From Patescibacteria group bacterium (GTDB lineage: Bacteria > Patescibacteriota > Microgenomatia > Daviesbacterales > UBA10151), in NCBI GenBank assembly GCA_023379125.1, contig JAMCSY010000025.1:252-64251 (forward strand): a DNA stretch of 64,000 nucleotides. Direction: 5' to 3'. This document shows, piece after piece, positions 47,510 through 57,156 of this stretch. Below the pieces are notes generated by a model, which had not been told where the DNA came from, ran no database searches, and worked only from the letters and a program-made list of their open reading frames with translations. The position numbers and the translations under genes were made by a program. Each line of letters starts with the position of its first letter. Position 1 is the first letter of the stretch.

Positions 47510-48397
47510 ATGATTGATTTTATGAGTAAAAAATATTGGTATTTTGCTTTGTCGTTATTAATTATTATTCCTGGTGTTATTTCCTTAATCATGTTCGGTT
47601 TAAAACTTAGTGTAGATTTTACTGGGGGAACTTTGTTGGAATATCAATTCACTCAGCCAATTGAACAAACTAAGTTGCAAAATGTACTTACTCAAGACAA
47701 TGTCAATGTCTCCTCGATTGTTTATTCAGACAACAATACATATCTAATTCGTACAAAATCTATACCGGAGAGTAAAATCGCTGAGGTTAAAAACTTATTA
47801 TCTCAAGATTTTGGTCAGGTTAATGAAATAAGTGTGGAAAATGTGGGACCAGTGATTGGCGCTGAGACAACTCGTAATGCGGTAATTGCTATCCTGATTG
47901 CTTCGATCGCTATTATTTTGTACCTAGCCCTCTCGTTTAGAAAAGTTCCCAAACCGGCTTCGTCATGGCGTTTTGGTATTACAGCTGTTGGCGCATTACT
48001 ACACGATGTTTTATTGCTGATTGGGGTTTTCTCTATTTTAGGACATTTCTTGGGAGTAGAGGTAGATGTTCTCTTTGTTACGGCTTTACTGACAATAATT
48101 GGTTTTTCAGTTCATGATACAATTGTTGTTTTTGATAGAATTAGAGAAAATTTACCCAAACACCTGTCCAGTCCGTTTGTGGTTGTAGCAAATATTTCGG
48201 TGACACAGACCTTAGGGCGTTCACTCAATACCTCATTGACTGTTTTGCTAACTCTGCTAGCACTCTATCTTTTTGGTGGAGAGACCATTAAATGGTTTAT
48301 TGTGGCCCTAATTGTTGGAATTATTTCCGGAACCTATTCATCAATTTTTAATGCGACAGCCTTACTGAGTTTGTGGGAAGAAAAACTGGGACATTAA
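47510..48397 (+). CDS. secF: protein translocase subunit SecF
   Basis: RBS AAAGGAGAGGAG; 6-TM SecF topology. Confidence 0.9.
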   Translation: MIDFMSKKYWYFALSLLIIIPGVISLIMFGLKLSVDFTGGTLLEYQFTQPIEQTKLQNVLTQDNVNVSSIVYSDNNTYLIRTKSIPESKIAEVKNLLSQDFGQVNEISVENVGPVIGAETTRNAVIAILIASIAIILYLALSFRKVPKPASSWRFGITAVGALLHDVLLLIGVFSILGHFLGVEVDVLFVTALLTIIGFSVHDTIVVFDRIRENLPKHLSSPFVVVANISVTQTLGRSLNTSLTVLLTLLALYLFGGETIKWFIVALIVGIISGTYSSIFNATALLSLWEEKLGH

Positions 48398-48402
48398 ATG
48401 AC

Positions 48403-49779
48403 TTAAGCTAGTTGCTTAATTCGTGTGATTAGATATTCTCGATTATTCTTACTACTATCATTAATTACTTCTTGAAAAAGCATCTTTAATACTTCACCAA
48501 CCTTGCGACTTGGCGGAATGTTAAGTATTGACATGACGTCTTGACCATCAACTTGTAAGTCTGTAATACTAAATGGTTTTTGTAAAACTTGATTGATTCT
48601 GGAGCGGAATTTTTCCATACGCCAAGAAACAGGATTTTGTGTCCCACCACCTAGTCGATCACCGATTCTCAGAGCAATCATGTCATTGATATTTTCCTTA
48701 CCAACATTTTTTATAAAGCGTCTAATGGCTGCATCAGTCTGTTTATCATCAACTGTAAAAAGATGCCAGCGAACTAACCGGTATAATTTATCTGTTTGTT
48801 TTTTAGACAAATTAAATCGTTTGGCAATCTGTAAAATAAGTCTACCGCCCACAAGATCATGGTTATAAAAAGTAACATTCCCTGTTTGATCGATATTATA
48901 AGTATCCGGTTTACCAATATCATGTAGCAATGTTGCTAGTCTGACTAGGGGATCAGTTGAAGGGGTAAATTTAAGCGCTTCTACGCTATGTTCACCAATA
49001 TCGTAAATACGAGTGTGCTTAGGACCTTCTTGCTGAATGCCAAAACATCGAGTAAGTTCTGGGAAAAGAATATCAAGAATCCCCGTCTCCTGAAGTTCTT
49101 TAATTCCTATGTATGGATTCGCTGATTCAAGTAATTTGAATAACTCTTCACGTATTCTCTCAGGTGCAATATTACTAATTAGCTGAGCATTTTGCTTGAT
49201 TGCTTGATAAGTATTACTTTCTATATCAAATCCTAATTGTGTTGCAATTCTGATTGCTCTTATGAGACGTAGAGCGTCTTCTTGAAAACGATCTTGCGGG
49301 TGACCAACCGCACGGACAATTTTCCGATGTAAATCTTCTTGACCTGTATAAGGGTCGATTATATTGCCTTGAGTAGATAAAGCGAGAGCATTGATCGTAA
49401 AATCTCGTCTGGCCAAATCCTCCCCGATTTTATTTGTCCAAGAAACCTCAAGGGGATGTCGGCTGTCCTGGTACTGTCCCTCTTTGCGCATCGTGGTAAT
49501 CTCAAAAATTGTTTCTTGATGATCATCTTCAATCTTGACTCCGACTGTACCAAAATTATTATCATAAAAACTTTGTGGAAACATTTGAACAATATCGTCT
49601 GGTCGCGCATCTGTTGTAAAATCCCAATCATCAACCGGGCGCTGCATGATTAGATCGCGAACAGCTCCTCCAACCACAAATACTTGGAAACCGTTGTTAG
49701 TTATTTTGTCCATAAATGTTTTTACGGTTTTTGGTAAAAGCTCTGTCATCATTTTCTTCTGACTTAAATTTAAGTTCAT
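48403..49779 (-). CDS. cca: CCA-adding enzyme / tRNA nucleotidyltransferase with HD domain
   Basis: GGAVRDLxxxxxxxDxDF head motif; RRDFTINA; HD domain LLHDIGK. Confidence 0.85.
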   Translation of the reverse strand: MNLNLSQKKMMTELLPKTVKTFMDKITNNGFQVFVVGGAVRDLIMQRPVDDWDFTTDARPDDIVQMFPQSFYDNNFGTVGVKIEDDHQETIFEITTMRKEGQYQDSRHPLEVSWTNKIGEDLARRDFTINALALSTQGNIIDPYTGQEDLHRKIVRAVGHPQDRFQEDALRLIRAIRIATQLGFDIESNTYQAIKQNAQLISNIAPERIREELFKLLESANPYIGIKELQETGILDILFPELTRCFGIQQEGPKHTRIYDIGEHSVEALKFTPSTDPLVRLATLLHDIGKPDTYNIDQTGNVTFYNHDLVGGRLILQIAKRFNLSKKQTDKLYRLVRWHLFTVDDKQTDAAIRRFIKNVGKENINDMIALRIGDRLGGGTQNPVSWRMEKFRSRINQVLQKPFSITDLQVDGQDVMSILNIPPSRKVGEVLKMLFQEVINDSSKNNREYLITRIKQLA

Positions 49780-49821
49780 TACTTTCAGATTTTACTCTTA
49801 CTGTGCTTATGTTACAATGCT

Positions 49822-51438
49822 TTGGCTATGCCCAGAGTTTGGAATATTCCCCCGCGCAAAAAAGCAGATATTATCGAACAGCTATTGTTAAATAGGAATA
49901 TTAGAAACGATCAGGAAAGACAAGATTTTATAAACCCTCAGCTCTCTCAATATACCAAGTCATTCCAAATCCCCGGAATATCGTTAGCCAGGGAAAGAAT
50001 ATTACAAGCAATTAAAAACGACGAGTTGATTATTATTTATGGAGATTATGATGTAGATGGAGTATGTGCCACCGCCATTATGTACCTTGGACTTACTAGT
50101 ATTGGGGCTAGGGTCTTTCCTTATATTCCTCATCGAGAAAAAGAGGGATATGGATTGTCAAAAGAGGGATTAAGCAGCGTTAAGCAAAAAGGTGGAAAAC
50201 TAGTCATCACTGTAGATAATGGGATTGTAGCTTTGGAGCAAGCAAAATATGCCAAAGAGTTGGGTTTAGATTTGATTATTACTGATCATCATACCGCAAC
50301 CACAGATCAACCTGATGCTTTATCAATAATCCATTCTACTCAAATTTGTGGTGCTGCTGTTGCTTGGTCATTGATTAAAAGTTTACTCCCTGCAGAAGAG
50401 GCAGAGGAATTATTGGACTTGGTAGCTTTAGCTACTATTGGTGATTTACTCCCGCTGCTAGGTGTCAATCGGGCTTTAGTTAAAGAAGGACTAAAACAGC
50501 TTAACAATACCAAAAAAGTAGGCTTACTGGCTTTGATTATTGAATCAGGGATTAACTTAGGTGAGGTTAATAGTTTTAGGGTTGGTCATCTGCTGGGGCC
50601 AAAATTAAATGCCATTGGTCGGTTAGAACATTCCATTGATGCTTTAAGATTACTTTGTACCAAAGATATTGCAAAAGCCAGAAGGTTAGCCAAACTGTTG
50701 GCTGAAACCAACGACCAGAAAAAGAAGTTGACTAGTGAAGCAGTCGATCTGGCTAAGCAAATGATTGTTCAGCAAAACGGTGCTTTTTTACAAAAGAAAA
50801 TTCTAATTTTACATTCTACTGAATGGATTCCGGGCATCATTGGTTTAGTTGCCAGTCGTTTAAGTGAAGAGTATAACTTACCAACTATTGTAATTGCTGA
50901 AGGAGTAAATGGATCAAAGGGATCAGCTCGTTCGGTAAATGGGGTTAATATTGTTGACCTCATAAGAAAAGGTGGCGAGCTGCTATTAGACGTTGGTGGT
51001 CATCCACAAGCAGCTGGTTTTACGATTAAAGCTGATCAGACAGCAAACTTTGTCAAGAGAATGGAAGATTTGATGGAGATGGTTGACTTAAATGAGCAAC
51101 AACCACTGAATATTGATGTGCAACTGCATTTAGCTGAAATTAACAAAAACTTGATTAATACTTTAGATGTTTTGGAGCCAGTTGGAATGGCTAATCCCCA
51201 GCCCATTTTTGCTTTAAAAGCTGTCCCCTTGTCTGATATAAAAACTGTAGGTAATGGACAACATTTAAAATTTAAAGCTGGTGAAATTGAAACGATTGCT
51301 TTTTCTCAAGGGAAACTGGCGTCGAAATTAGTAAATGGACAAAAGGTTGACTTGGCATTTAACTTAGAAATTGATAAATTTAACGGTGCGGAAAAAGTCC
51401 AATTAAAAATTGTGGACTTACATGCTGAAAATATATGA
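49822..51438 (+). CDS. recJ: single-stranded-DNA-specific exonuclease RecJ (DHH/DHHA1)
   Basis: DHH motifs (GDYDVDG, ITDHH), DHHA1 GGHxxAAG. Confidence 0.85.
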   Translation: MAMPRVWNIPPRKKADIIEQLLLNRNIRNDQERQDFINPQLSQYTKSFQIPGISLARERILQAIKNDELIIIYGDYDVDGVCATAIMYLGLTSIGARVFPYIPHREKEGYGLSKEGLSSVKQKGGKLVITVDNGIVALEQAKYAKELGLDLIITDHHTATTDQPDALSIIHSTQICGAAVAWSLIKSLLPAEEAEELLDLVALATIGDLLPLLGVNRALVKEGLKQLNNTKKVGLLALIIESGINLGEVNSFRVGHLLGPKLNAIGRLEHSIDALRLLCTKDIAKARRLAKLLAETNDQKKKLTSEAVDLAKQMIVQQNGAFLQKKILILHSTEWIPGIIGLVASRLSEEYNLPTIVIAEGVNGSKGSARSVNGVNIVDLIRKGGELLLDVGGHPQAAGFTIKADQTANFVKRMEDLMEMVDLNEQQPLNIDVQLHLAEINKNLINTLDVLEPVGMANPQPIFALKAVPLSDIKTVGNGQHLKFKAGEIETIAFSQGKLASKLVNGQKVDLAFNLEIDKFNGAEKVQLKIVDLHAENI

Positions 51439-52865
51439 ATCCTTTAGAGACGAAATTATTAAAACAAGCGATTGATTTTGCCACACTTTCTCTGGCGGGA
51501 AAGAAACGAAAGTCTGGTGAAGATGTAATTGATCATTGTATTAGGGTTGCTAATGATTTAGTGGCCATGAATGTAACTGATCAATTTACTTTAGTAGCGG
51601 CTGTGCTACATCATTGCGTGGCTGATGGGGCAGCAACTTATAAGGATGTATCAGAAAATTTCGGTGAAGAGGTTACAGCGATGATCAGAGCTTTTGATAG
51701 TCTGAAAATTGTTAAATTGGGTGAGGGACAAACCGAGATGTTTGTGGAAAATTTGCGTAAAATGTTTCTGGTTTTGGCCAAAGATTTAAGAGTGGTATTG
51801 ATTAAAATGGCTGATATTCAAGATAACTTAAAAACTTTAAGTTATTTGGAAAAAGATAAAAGACATGAGGTAGCTCAAGAAACCATTGAAATATTTGCGC
51901 CGATGGCAGAGAGGTTAGGTATGGGTGAGTTAAGAGGTGATTTACAAGATCTATCTTTTCCTTTTTATAATTTTGAAGGATATAAATGGGTCAAAAATTA
52001 TACTAAAAATAGGTTAAGTAAGTTAGGGAAGATGATGTTGCAGGTTAAGGCCAAACTTATGATTGCTTTTAATCAACAGCAAATTCCAGTTGATATTGAG
52101 AGTAGAGTTAAACACGTTTATTCACTTTATACCAAACTATTAAGACCAGAGATAGGTAAGGATTTGGATAAAGTTTATGATTTAATTGCTTTAAGACTGT
52201 TAGTCCAAACAGAAGAAGAATGCTATAAGATTTTAGGAATTGTCCATAAAATATTTCCTCCTGCTCCAGGACAAACGACTGATTATATTGCACATCCTAA
52301 ACCAAATGGATATAAATCAATTCACACCAAAGTAATTGGTCCAAGTAATATAATTTTTGAAATTCAAATCAGGACTCACCAGATGCATGAAGAGGCAGAA
52401 TATGGAGTAGCTGCTCACTGGAATTATGCAGACATGAAATCTCAGGGAAACAGTGATGAAAAAATTAGCCAAGGGTTTGCGGCTGGGGCGGAAAAATTAG
52501 AATGGGTCAAAAGATTATCCGAGTGGCAAAAAGAGATTGCTGATAATCAAGAGTTTCTAAAAACAATAAAAACAGATTTTTTTGGTGATCGGATATATTG
52601 TTTTACTCCCAAGGGTGATGTTATTGATTTACCCAATGGAGCTACTCCCATTGACTTTGCGTATAAGGTGCATACAAATTTAGGTAATCTAGTTACTAGT
52701 GCCAGTGTTAATAATCGGGTAGTATCTTTGGACACAAAACTTAAAAATGCTGATGTGGTCCAGCTAAATTTATCCAAAGACACTACTAAAAAGCCCAGCA
52801 GAGATTGGTTGCTCTTTGTAGCAACTTCTTTAGCAAAGAAAAAAATTAAAAGTGCTTATAAATAA
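51435..52865 (+). CDS. short RelA/SpoT homologue (HD hydrolase + synthetase, no TGS/ACT)
   Basis: HD domain (HCVADG, DLRVVLIKMAD) and synthetase motifs (YKSIHTKV, EIQIRTHQMHEEAEYGVAAHW); 476 aa. Confidence 0.8.
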   Translation: MNPLETKLLKQAIDFATLSLAGKKRKSGEDVIDHCIRVANDLVAMNVTDQFTLVAAVLHHCVADGAATYKDVSENFGEEVTAMIRAFDSLKIVKLGEGQTEMFVENLRKMFLVLAKDLRVVLIKMADIQDNLKTLSYLEKDKRHEVAQETIEIFAPMAERLGMGELRGDLQDLSFPFYNFEGYKWVKNYTKNRLSKLGKMMLQVKAKLMIAFNQQQIPVDIESRVKHVYSLYTKLLRPEIGKDLDKVYDLIALRLLVQTEEECYKILGIVHKIFPPAPGQTTDYIAHPKPNGYKSIHTKVIGPSNIIFEIQIRTHQMHEEAEYGVAAHWNYADMKSQGNSDEKISQGFAAGAEKLEWVKRLSEWQKEIADNQEFLKTIKTDFFGDRIYCFTPKGDVIDLPNGATPIDFAYKVHTNLGNLVTSASVNNRVVSLDTKLKNADVVQLNLSKDTTKKPSRDWLLFVATSLAKKKIKSAYK

Positions 52866-52884
52866 CATTATAATCACTAAAGCT

Positions 52885-53244
52885 TTAGGCTTTTAACCAG
52901 TTGCGACCTCTCAGCTGCCTTCTGGTTTCTGAACGTTTATTCGCAGTTGCTTGTATAACCCCAATTATCTTCTCTCTTCCCTTATCATATATTGATGTCT
53001 TAAGTGCGCGTTCTGAGATTGTTAAGCTAACGTACCACTGGTCAAAACGTTCAAGACTGCATTTAAAACGCCCTAATTTTTGGGTAGTTTGATGATGCTC
53101 AGTGAGGAGTGAGGCGAGTGGGCCAGCAGAGGCAGTAAGGGTATGGCCTTCGCGAGTTGTTAAAATGATACCTCTTACTCCCGATTCTTTTCCTTCTAAT
53201 CCCTCAGTCATAGATTTTTCACCTCCTTTCAACTGACTTATCAA
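52885..53244 (-). CDS. Roadblock/LC7 (MglB-like) domain protein
   Basis: GVRGIILTTREGHTLTAS resembles the Robl_LC7 core. Confidence 0.45.
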   Translation of the reverse strand: MISQLKGGEKSMTEGLEGKESGVRGIILTTREGHTLTASAGPLASLLTEHHQTTQKLGRFKCSLERFDQWYVSLTISERALKTSIYDKGREKIIGVIQATANKRSETRRQLRGRNWLKA

Positions 53245-54139
53245 TTTCTACAAGTAATTCAAAAGATTTTGCTAACATACTCCAAGCTGATGTTTGGAAT
53301 CTATGGGCATTTGGTTGCTTTAATTGCCAGATTAATGTGCGAAGTTGACGTTGTTGAGCAGTTAACATACCAAGCTCACCATTGGTAGCAACTCTTGTCC
53401 CATTGTTATATTCATTGGCAAGCTTTTGGACCATGGTAATGGTGAAACGGATTTCTGTTAAGAGATCACGCTCCTGAGCGGTGGGTTTACTTTCAGGCTT
53501 GTTAATAACTTGGAACCGTGCTCCTTCTACTTTAATTGCCTCTCCATCTTTGATGGGAACAATGTTTGCTGTAGTGCCTAACTCAGTAGCTTCTGCCAAA
53601 ATTAATTCCTGATAATTATCTTCAATGAAATGTGGCCAGGGTAGAAAGGGAATTAGTCCAAAACCTCGGCAATCTGCTTGGTATTGGATTGAGGGTTTGT
53701 TTTGTGGATGAAGGGCGACAGCGCTAAAATCTTCAGTTGCAAGTATGCTCCCTGCTGAATTTCCACCATAAATAATCCCACTATCGATGCATTCTTGAAT
53801 TGGGTCGTGTAAGTGGAGTCTGTCTAGTTGTTGGTGCAAAAAATAAATGTCTCCTCCCAAAAACCATAAAATTCCAGCTTTACCAAGTTTTCTTTCCAGT
53901 ATCCCAGGAGGATAATTGGCTAAATTGATCTCTTGAGTACTAAAACGTTGGGAGTTAAACCACCCCTGGGTTGGATTACTCTTTCTGGACCTAGACTGTG
54001 GTTTGGTACAAGAAATTAAACAAACTAAAGAGCTATTTAATTCACCACGAGGACCAGCCAAACTACTGAATTCAGATTTTAAGGTAGGATTGGATAAACC
54101 GTTTGATGTTAAAAATAATCGTCTTTCCATAATATGCAT
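53219..54139 (-). CDS. peptidase S51 (PepE/cyanophycinase-like) domain protein with ~100-aa C-terminal extension
   Basis: LFLTSNG ... ILWFLGGDIYFL ... IYGGNSAGS parallels PepE IIVGGGNTF and YIGWSAGA. Confidence 0.5.
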   Translation of the reverse strand: MHIMERRLFLTSNGLSNPTLKSEFSSLAGPRGELNSSLVCLISCTKPQSRSRKSNPTQGWFNSQRFSTQEINLANYPPGILERKLGKAGILWFLGGDIYFLHQQLDRLHLHDPIQECIDSGIIYGGNSAGSILATEDFSAVALHPQNKPSIQYQADCRGFGLIPFLPWPHFIEDNYQELILAEATELGTTANIVPIKDGEAIKVEGARFQVINKPESKPTAQERDLLTEIRFTITMVQKLANEYNNGTRVATNGELGMLTAQQRQLRTLIWQLKQPNAHRFQTSAWSMLAKSFELLVEIDKSVERR

Positions 54140-54309
54140 TAAAAAACCTCCCTTGCGGGAGGTAGAATCTACTTTCGTTTTAGATTTTATTTTATCTAAA
54201 ACGACCTCCCACAGATTTGCCCCAAATAAGGAGCAATCCTGAAAGGACTGTAATAATATTTTGTTTTATTGCCAAAGTCATTAACTAATTTTAATAGAGA
54301 AAAACACTC

Positions 54310-54337
54310 TTGTCAAACCAACTGAATTTGTTATACT
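54310..54337 (+). promoter_or_regulatory. sigma-70-like promoter (TTGTCA-N16-TATACT)
   Basis: Hexamers with 16-nt spacer; no coding gene downstream before a terminator. Confidence 0.4.
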
Positions 54338-54344
54338 TGCATTT

Positions 54345-54481
54345 AGCTAGGATGAAGTTAGGACAAACAATATATTTTTTTGGCTTTTACTTTACTTCCC
54401 TCAAAGGGGGGTTTAGTGTCTTAACTTAAAGTAAAAGTAAGAAAAAGACATTCCAAGCCTCCTCAAAAGGGAGGTTTTTTT
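54345..54481 (+). ncRNA. candidate small RNA (~135 nt) bounded by a promoter and an intrinsic terminator
   Basis: Contains an 11-bp perfect inverted repeat CTTTTACTTTA/TAAAGTAAAAG (54384..54437) and the terminator CCTCC-tcaaaag-GGAGG + T7 (54458..54481); no + strand CDS for 1.6 kb upstream. Confidence 0.4.
54458..54481 (+). terminator. rho-independent terminator
   Basis: 5-bp GC stem, 7-nt loop, followed by TTTTTTT. Confidence 0.6.
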
Positions 54482-54822
54482 GTGGGATTTCGAAAGGAGG
54501 TGAGGATTTTGGAAAGTCTAATAGATAAGCACATAACTCCCGTGTCTTTATTGGGGCAAGCGGGAAGAAGTGAACCAAAGTGTTTGGTAGAACAAACAGG
54601 TAGCTGCACTGGTTGTAATATCCTAGAGATATTTTTAGCTAAAAGAGCTGCTTTACCGCGGTCTGGTGAATCTGCATTAGCAACAAAAGTTAGAACTAGT
54701 CTTTGTCCTGACGGGATACAGATGCAAGTACCAAGGCGTGTTGAACAAAACATCTGGTGAATTTAAAGATATTAGGTGCTGGTTTGTAAATAACCTGCAC
54801 CTAATATTGTAAGATTTGCTAT

Positions 54823-54851
54823 TGCCAAGCATAATGTGAGTTGTTATGATC
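54823..54851 (+). promoter_or_regulatory. sigma-70-like promoter upstream of aspS (TTGCCA-N17-TATGAT)
   Basis: Hexamers with 17-nt spacer ~55 nt upstream of the aspS ATG. Confidence 0.45.
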
Positions 54852-54904
54852 AGTGCCAGAAAGGAGTTTTCTAAAAACCTTTGCGTGGCTTAAGATAACT
54901 TGAG

Positions 54905-56230
54905 ATGGATAGAACACTTATTATTGATTGTAATAACAAGATAGCGGAAGTTGTACGAGTCTTTGGTTGGGTACAAGTTAGGCGTGATCATGGCAAAATA
55001 GTTTTTTTAGATGTTTTAGATAGGTCAGGAGTAGTTCAGGTGGTGGCTACAGAAGGTTTGGCAGGTGATTTAAGAAGCCAAGATGTGATTAGTATAGAAG
55101 GTAAGGTTGCTAAAAGACCAGATAATTTAATTAACCCTAATTTGGAAACAGGCACAATCGAGCTACAAGCAAGCAAGATTGAAGTACTAGCCAAAGCAGA
55201 AGAATTACCCTTTGATATGGGTAATAAAGACCTTAACCTGCAGCTTCCTACTCTATTGGATTACCGAGGATTGACCTTAAGGCATCCCAAAGTCAAGGCA
55301 GTTTTTAAAGTTCAAGAAGTTGTGATTGATGCTTTTCGTGAAGCGCTACAGAAAAAAGATTTTACTGAATTTCAATCACCAGTAATTATTCCACAGACAG
55401 CTGAAGGTGGCGCTGAGGTTTTTGAAGTCAAATACTTTGACCACAAAGCTTATTTAGCCCAAAGTCCACAGTTTTATAAACAAATTCTAGTCCCAGTTTT
55501 TGAAAGGGTTTTTACTGTTAATAAAACACTACGAGCGGAGCCATCAGTAACTACGCGTCACTTAACTGAAGTGACTACATTAGATGCAGAGTTTGGCTTT
55601 ATCAAAAATTGGGCAGAAATAATGGAAATGGTAGAGTATGTTATTAAATATATTTTTGAACGCGTAGCTAAAGAGAATCAGACTGAATTAAAGTTATTAG
55701 ATGCAAGTGTGCCCCAGACCTCTCGTGAAATTCCCCGTATTAAGTTGAGGCAGGTACAAGAAATCATTTATCAAAGAACTGGACGTGATAATAGGCAAGA
55801 GCCAGACTTACAGCCCGATGATGAGCGAGAAATTTGTAAGTGGGCGCAAGAAGAACATCAATCAGAATTAGTTTTTGTTACTCATTATCCTGTTAAAAAG
55901 CGACCTTTTTATACTTTTGAAGATCCAGAGGATCCCGGATATACACTCAGCTTTGATTTGATTGGCAGAGGTACAGAATGGTTAACAGGTGGGCAAAGGA
56001 TTAATGATTTGGAAAAATTAATTGCTAACGCTGAAGAACGTGGTATAGATTTAAAAAGAAGTGAATTGTACTTGCAAGCGTTTAGATATGGTATGCCACC
56101 AGAAGGCGGATTTTCCTTTGGGTCAGAAAGAATTACTCAAAATATTCTAGGCTTAGAGAATGTCAGACAAGCTTCTTTGTTTCCTCGAGATATGGAGAGA
56201 GTCGATATCAGATTATCCTCGCAAAAATGA
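54905..56230 (+). CDS. aspS: aspartate--tRNA ligase, archaeal/type-2 (~440 aa, likely non-discriminating)
   Basis: N-terminal OB anticodon-binding domain (VxGWVxxxRDxGxxxFLxLRD), class II motifs 1-3 (FRNE-like, GGGSERI). Confidence 0.9.
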   Translation: MDRTLIIDCNNKIAEVVRVFGWVQVRRDHGKIVFLDVLDRSGVVQVVATEGLAGDLRSQDVISIEGKVAKRPDNLINPNLETGTIELQASKIEVLAKAEELPFDMGNKDLNLQLPTLLDYRGLTLRHPKVKAVFKVQEVVIDAFREALQKKDFTEFQSPVIIPQTAEGGAEVFEVKYFDHKAYLAQSPQFYKQILVPVFERVFTVNKTLRAEPSVTTRHLTEVTTLDAEFGFIKNWAEIMEMVEYVIKYIFERVAKENQTELKLLDASVPQTSREIPRIKLRQVQEIIYQRTGRDNRQEPDLQPDDEREICKWAQEEHQSELVFVTHYPVKKRPFYTFEDPEDPGYTLSFDLIGRGTEWLTGGQRINDLEKLIANAEERGIDLKRSELYLQAFRYGMPPEGGFSFGSERITQNILGLENVRQASLFPRDMERVDIRLSSQK

Positions 56231-57156
56231 TGCCCTTTGTCTATGGACTGGTAATTTTAGTTCTGTCTGTTAATGCAGTTTTAGGAATACCCAAAATTGT
56301 TAGTTTAGTGCAGGCTAAAATCAATCCTCCCGCCATCCCCAATAACTTAGTGTTAGGAGAACATCTAGTGGCAACTGCCTCTGCTGCCCCAGTTGTTTAT
56401 CTACCAATTAGCAAAAATATTCCACCTCCAACACTGACTGCTAATGCTGCCTTAGTAGAAGATCTAAATCATCATTTTCTTCTTTATGTTAAAGATCCAG
56501 CAAAAAGAGTACCAATTGCTTCAACAACCAAAATTATGACAGCCTTAATTGCGACTGAATATTACCAAGCAGATGATATTTTGACCGTGACACCAGAAGC
56601 TTCAGTTTCCGGATCAGCGATGGGTTTACAACTTAATGAAAAGATTAGTTTTATTAATGTTCTGTATGGAATGTTGTTAAATTCTGGTAATGATGCTGCC
56701 TTCACTTTAGCGGCAAATTATCCTGGAGGAGTGAGTGCTTTTGTAGATGCGATGAACGAGAAAGCTACTCAGATGAATCTGACAAATACTCACTTTGATA
56801 ATCCCGCTGGTTTTGATAGCCCACAGCACTACTCTTCGGCTGCGGATCTTGCTAAAATCGCCGAAAGCTTAACTCAAAATTCATTACTATCAAAGATTGT
56901 AGCTACCAAGGAGATGACCGTTTATTCAGTTGATTATAGTGTTGCCCATCAACTTAAAAACTTAAATATTTTACTTGATCTTCCTGGAGTAAAAGGTATT
57001 AAAACTGGTTATACCCCCGCGGCTAAAGAAAATTTTGTAGGTTTAATTAAACGTGATAATCAAACAATTTTAACTGTAGTTTTAGGAAGCGATGATCGTT
57101 TCGGTGAGACTGAAAACCTCTTTGATTGGACCTTTAATAATTTTGTTTTTCAGTAG
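56227..57156 (+). CDS. D-alanyl-D-alanine carboxypeptidase (peptidase S11, PBP5/6-like)
   Basis: SxxK (IASTTKIMT), SGN (LLNSGNDAA), KTG (IKTGYT) motifs; N-terminal signal/anchor. Confidence 0.85.
   Translation: MMPFVYGLVILVLSVNAVLGIPKIVSLVQAKINPPAIPNNLVLGEHLVATASAAPVVYLPISKNIPPPTLTANAALVEDLNHHFLLYVKDPAKRVPIASTTKIMTALIATEYYQADDILTVTPEASVSGSAMGLQLNEKISFINVLYGMLLNSGNDAAFTLAANYPGGVSAFVDAMNEKATQMNLTNTHFDNPAGFDSPQHYSSAADLAKIAESLTQNSLLSKIVATKEMTVYSVDYSVAHQLKNLNILLDLPGVKGIKTGYTPAAKENFVGLIKRDNQTILTVVLGSDDRFGETENLFDWTFNNFVFQ

Noticed and set aside
54345-54425. 25-codon hydrophobic peptide inside the candidate sRNA as a type I toxin
   Set aside because: The only Shine-Dalgarno-like AGGA overlaps the ATG with zero spacing, so translation initiation is implausible. 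Kept as an ncRNA candidate instead.
54640-54680. T-box riboswitch upstream of aspS, suggested by TACCGCGG
   Set aside because: The conserved T-box core is AGGGUGGNACCGCG, whose UGG bulge pairs with the tRNA CCA end. Here the equivalent positions read CTGCTTTACCGCGG, so the essential UGG is missing. No specifier-loop or Stem I GA-motif architecture could be identified, and the aspS promoter lies downstream of this block.
54482-54760. 92-aa + strand ORF (TTG start) and 96-aa minus-strand ORF in the GC-rich region
   Set aside because: No RBS, non-ATG start directly abutting a terminator, and Cys/Arg-rich low-plausibility composition typical of random ORFs in GC-rich structured RNA. The two also overlap each other completely.
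54482-54800. tmRNA or SRP RNA
   Set aside because: No tRNA-like acceptor/T-arm (GGTTCGAATCC...CCA) and no ANDENYALAA-like tag frame was found. No GGAA/GNRA-capped domain IV helix with the conserved symmetric loops of SRP RNA could be built.
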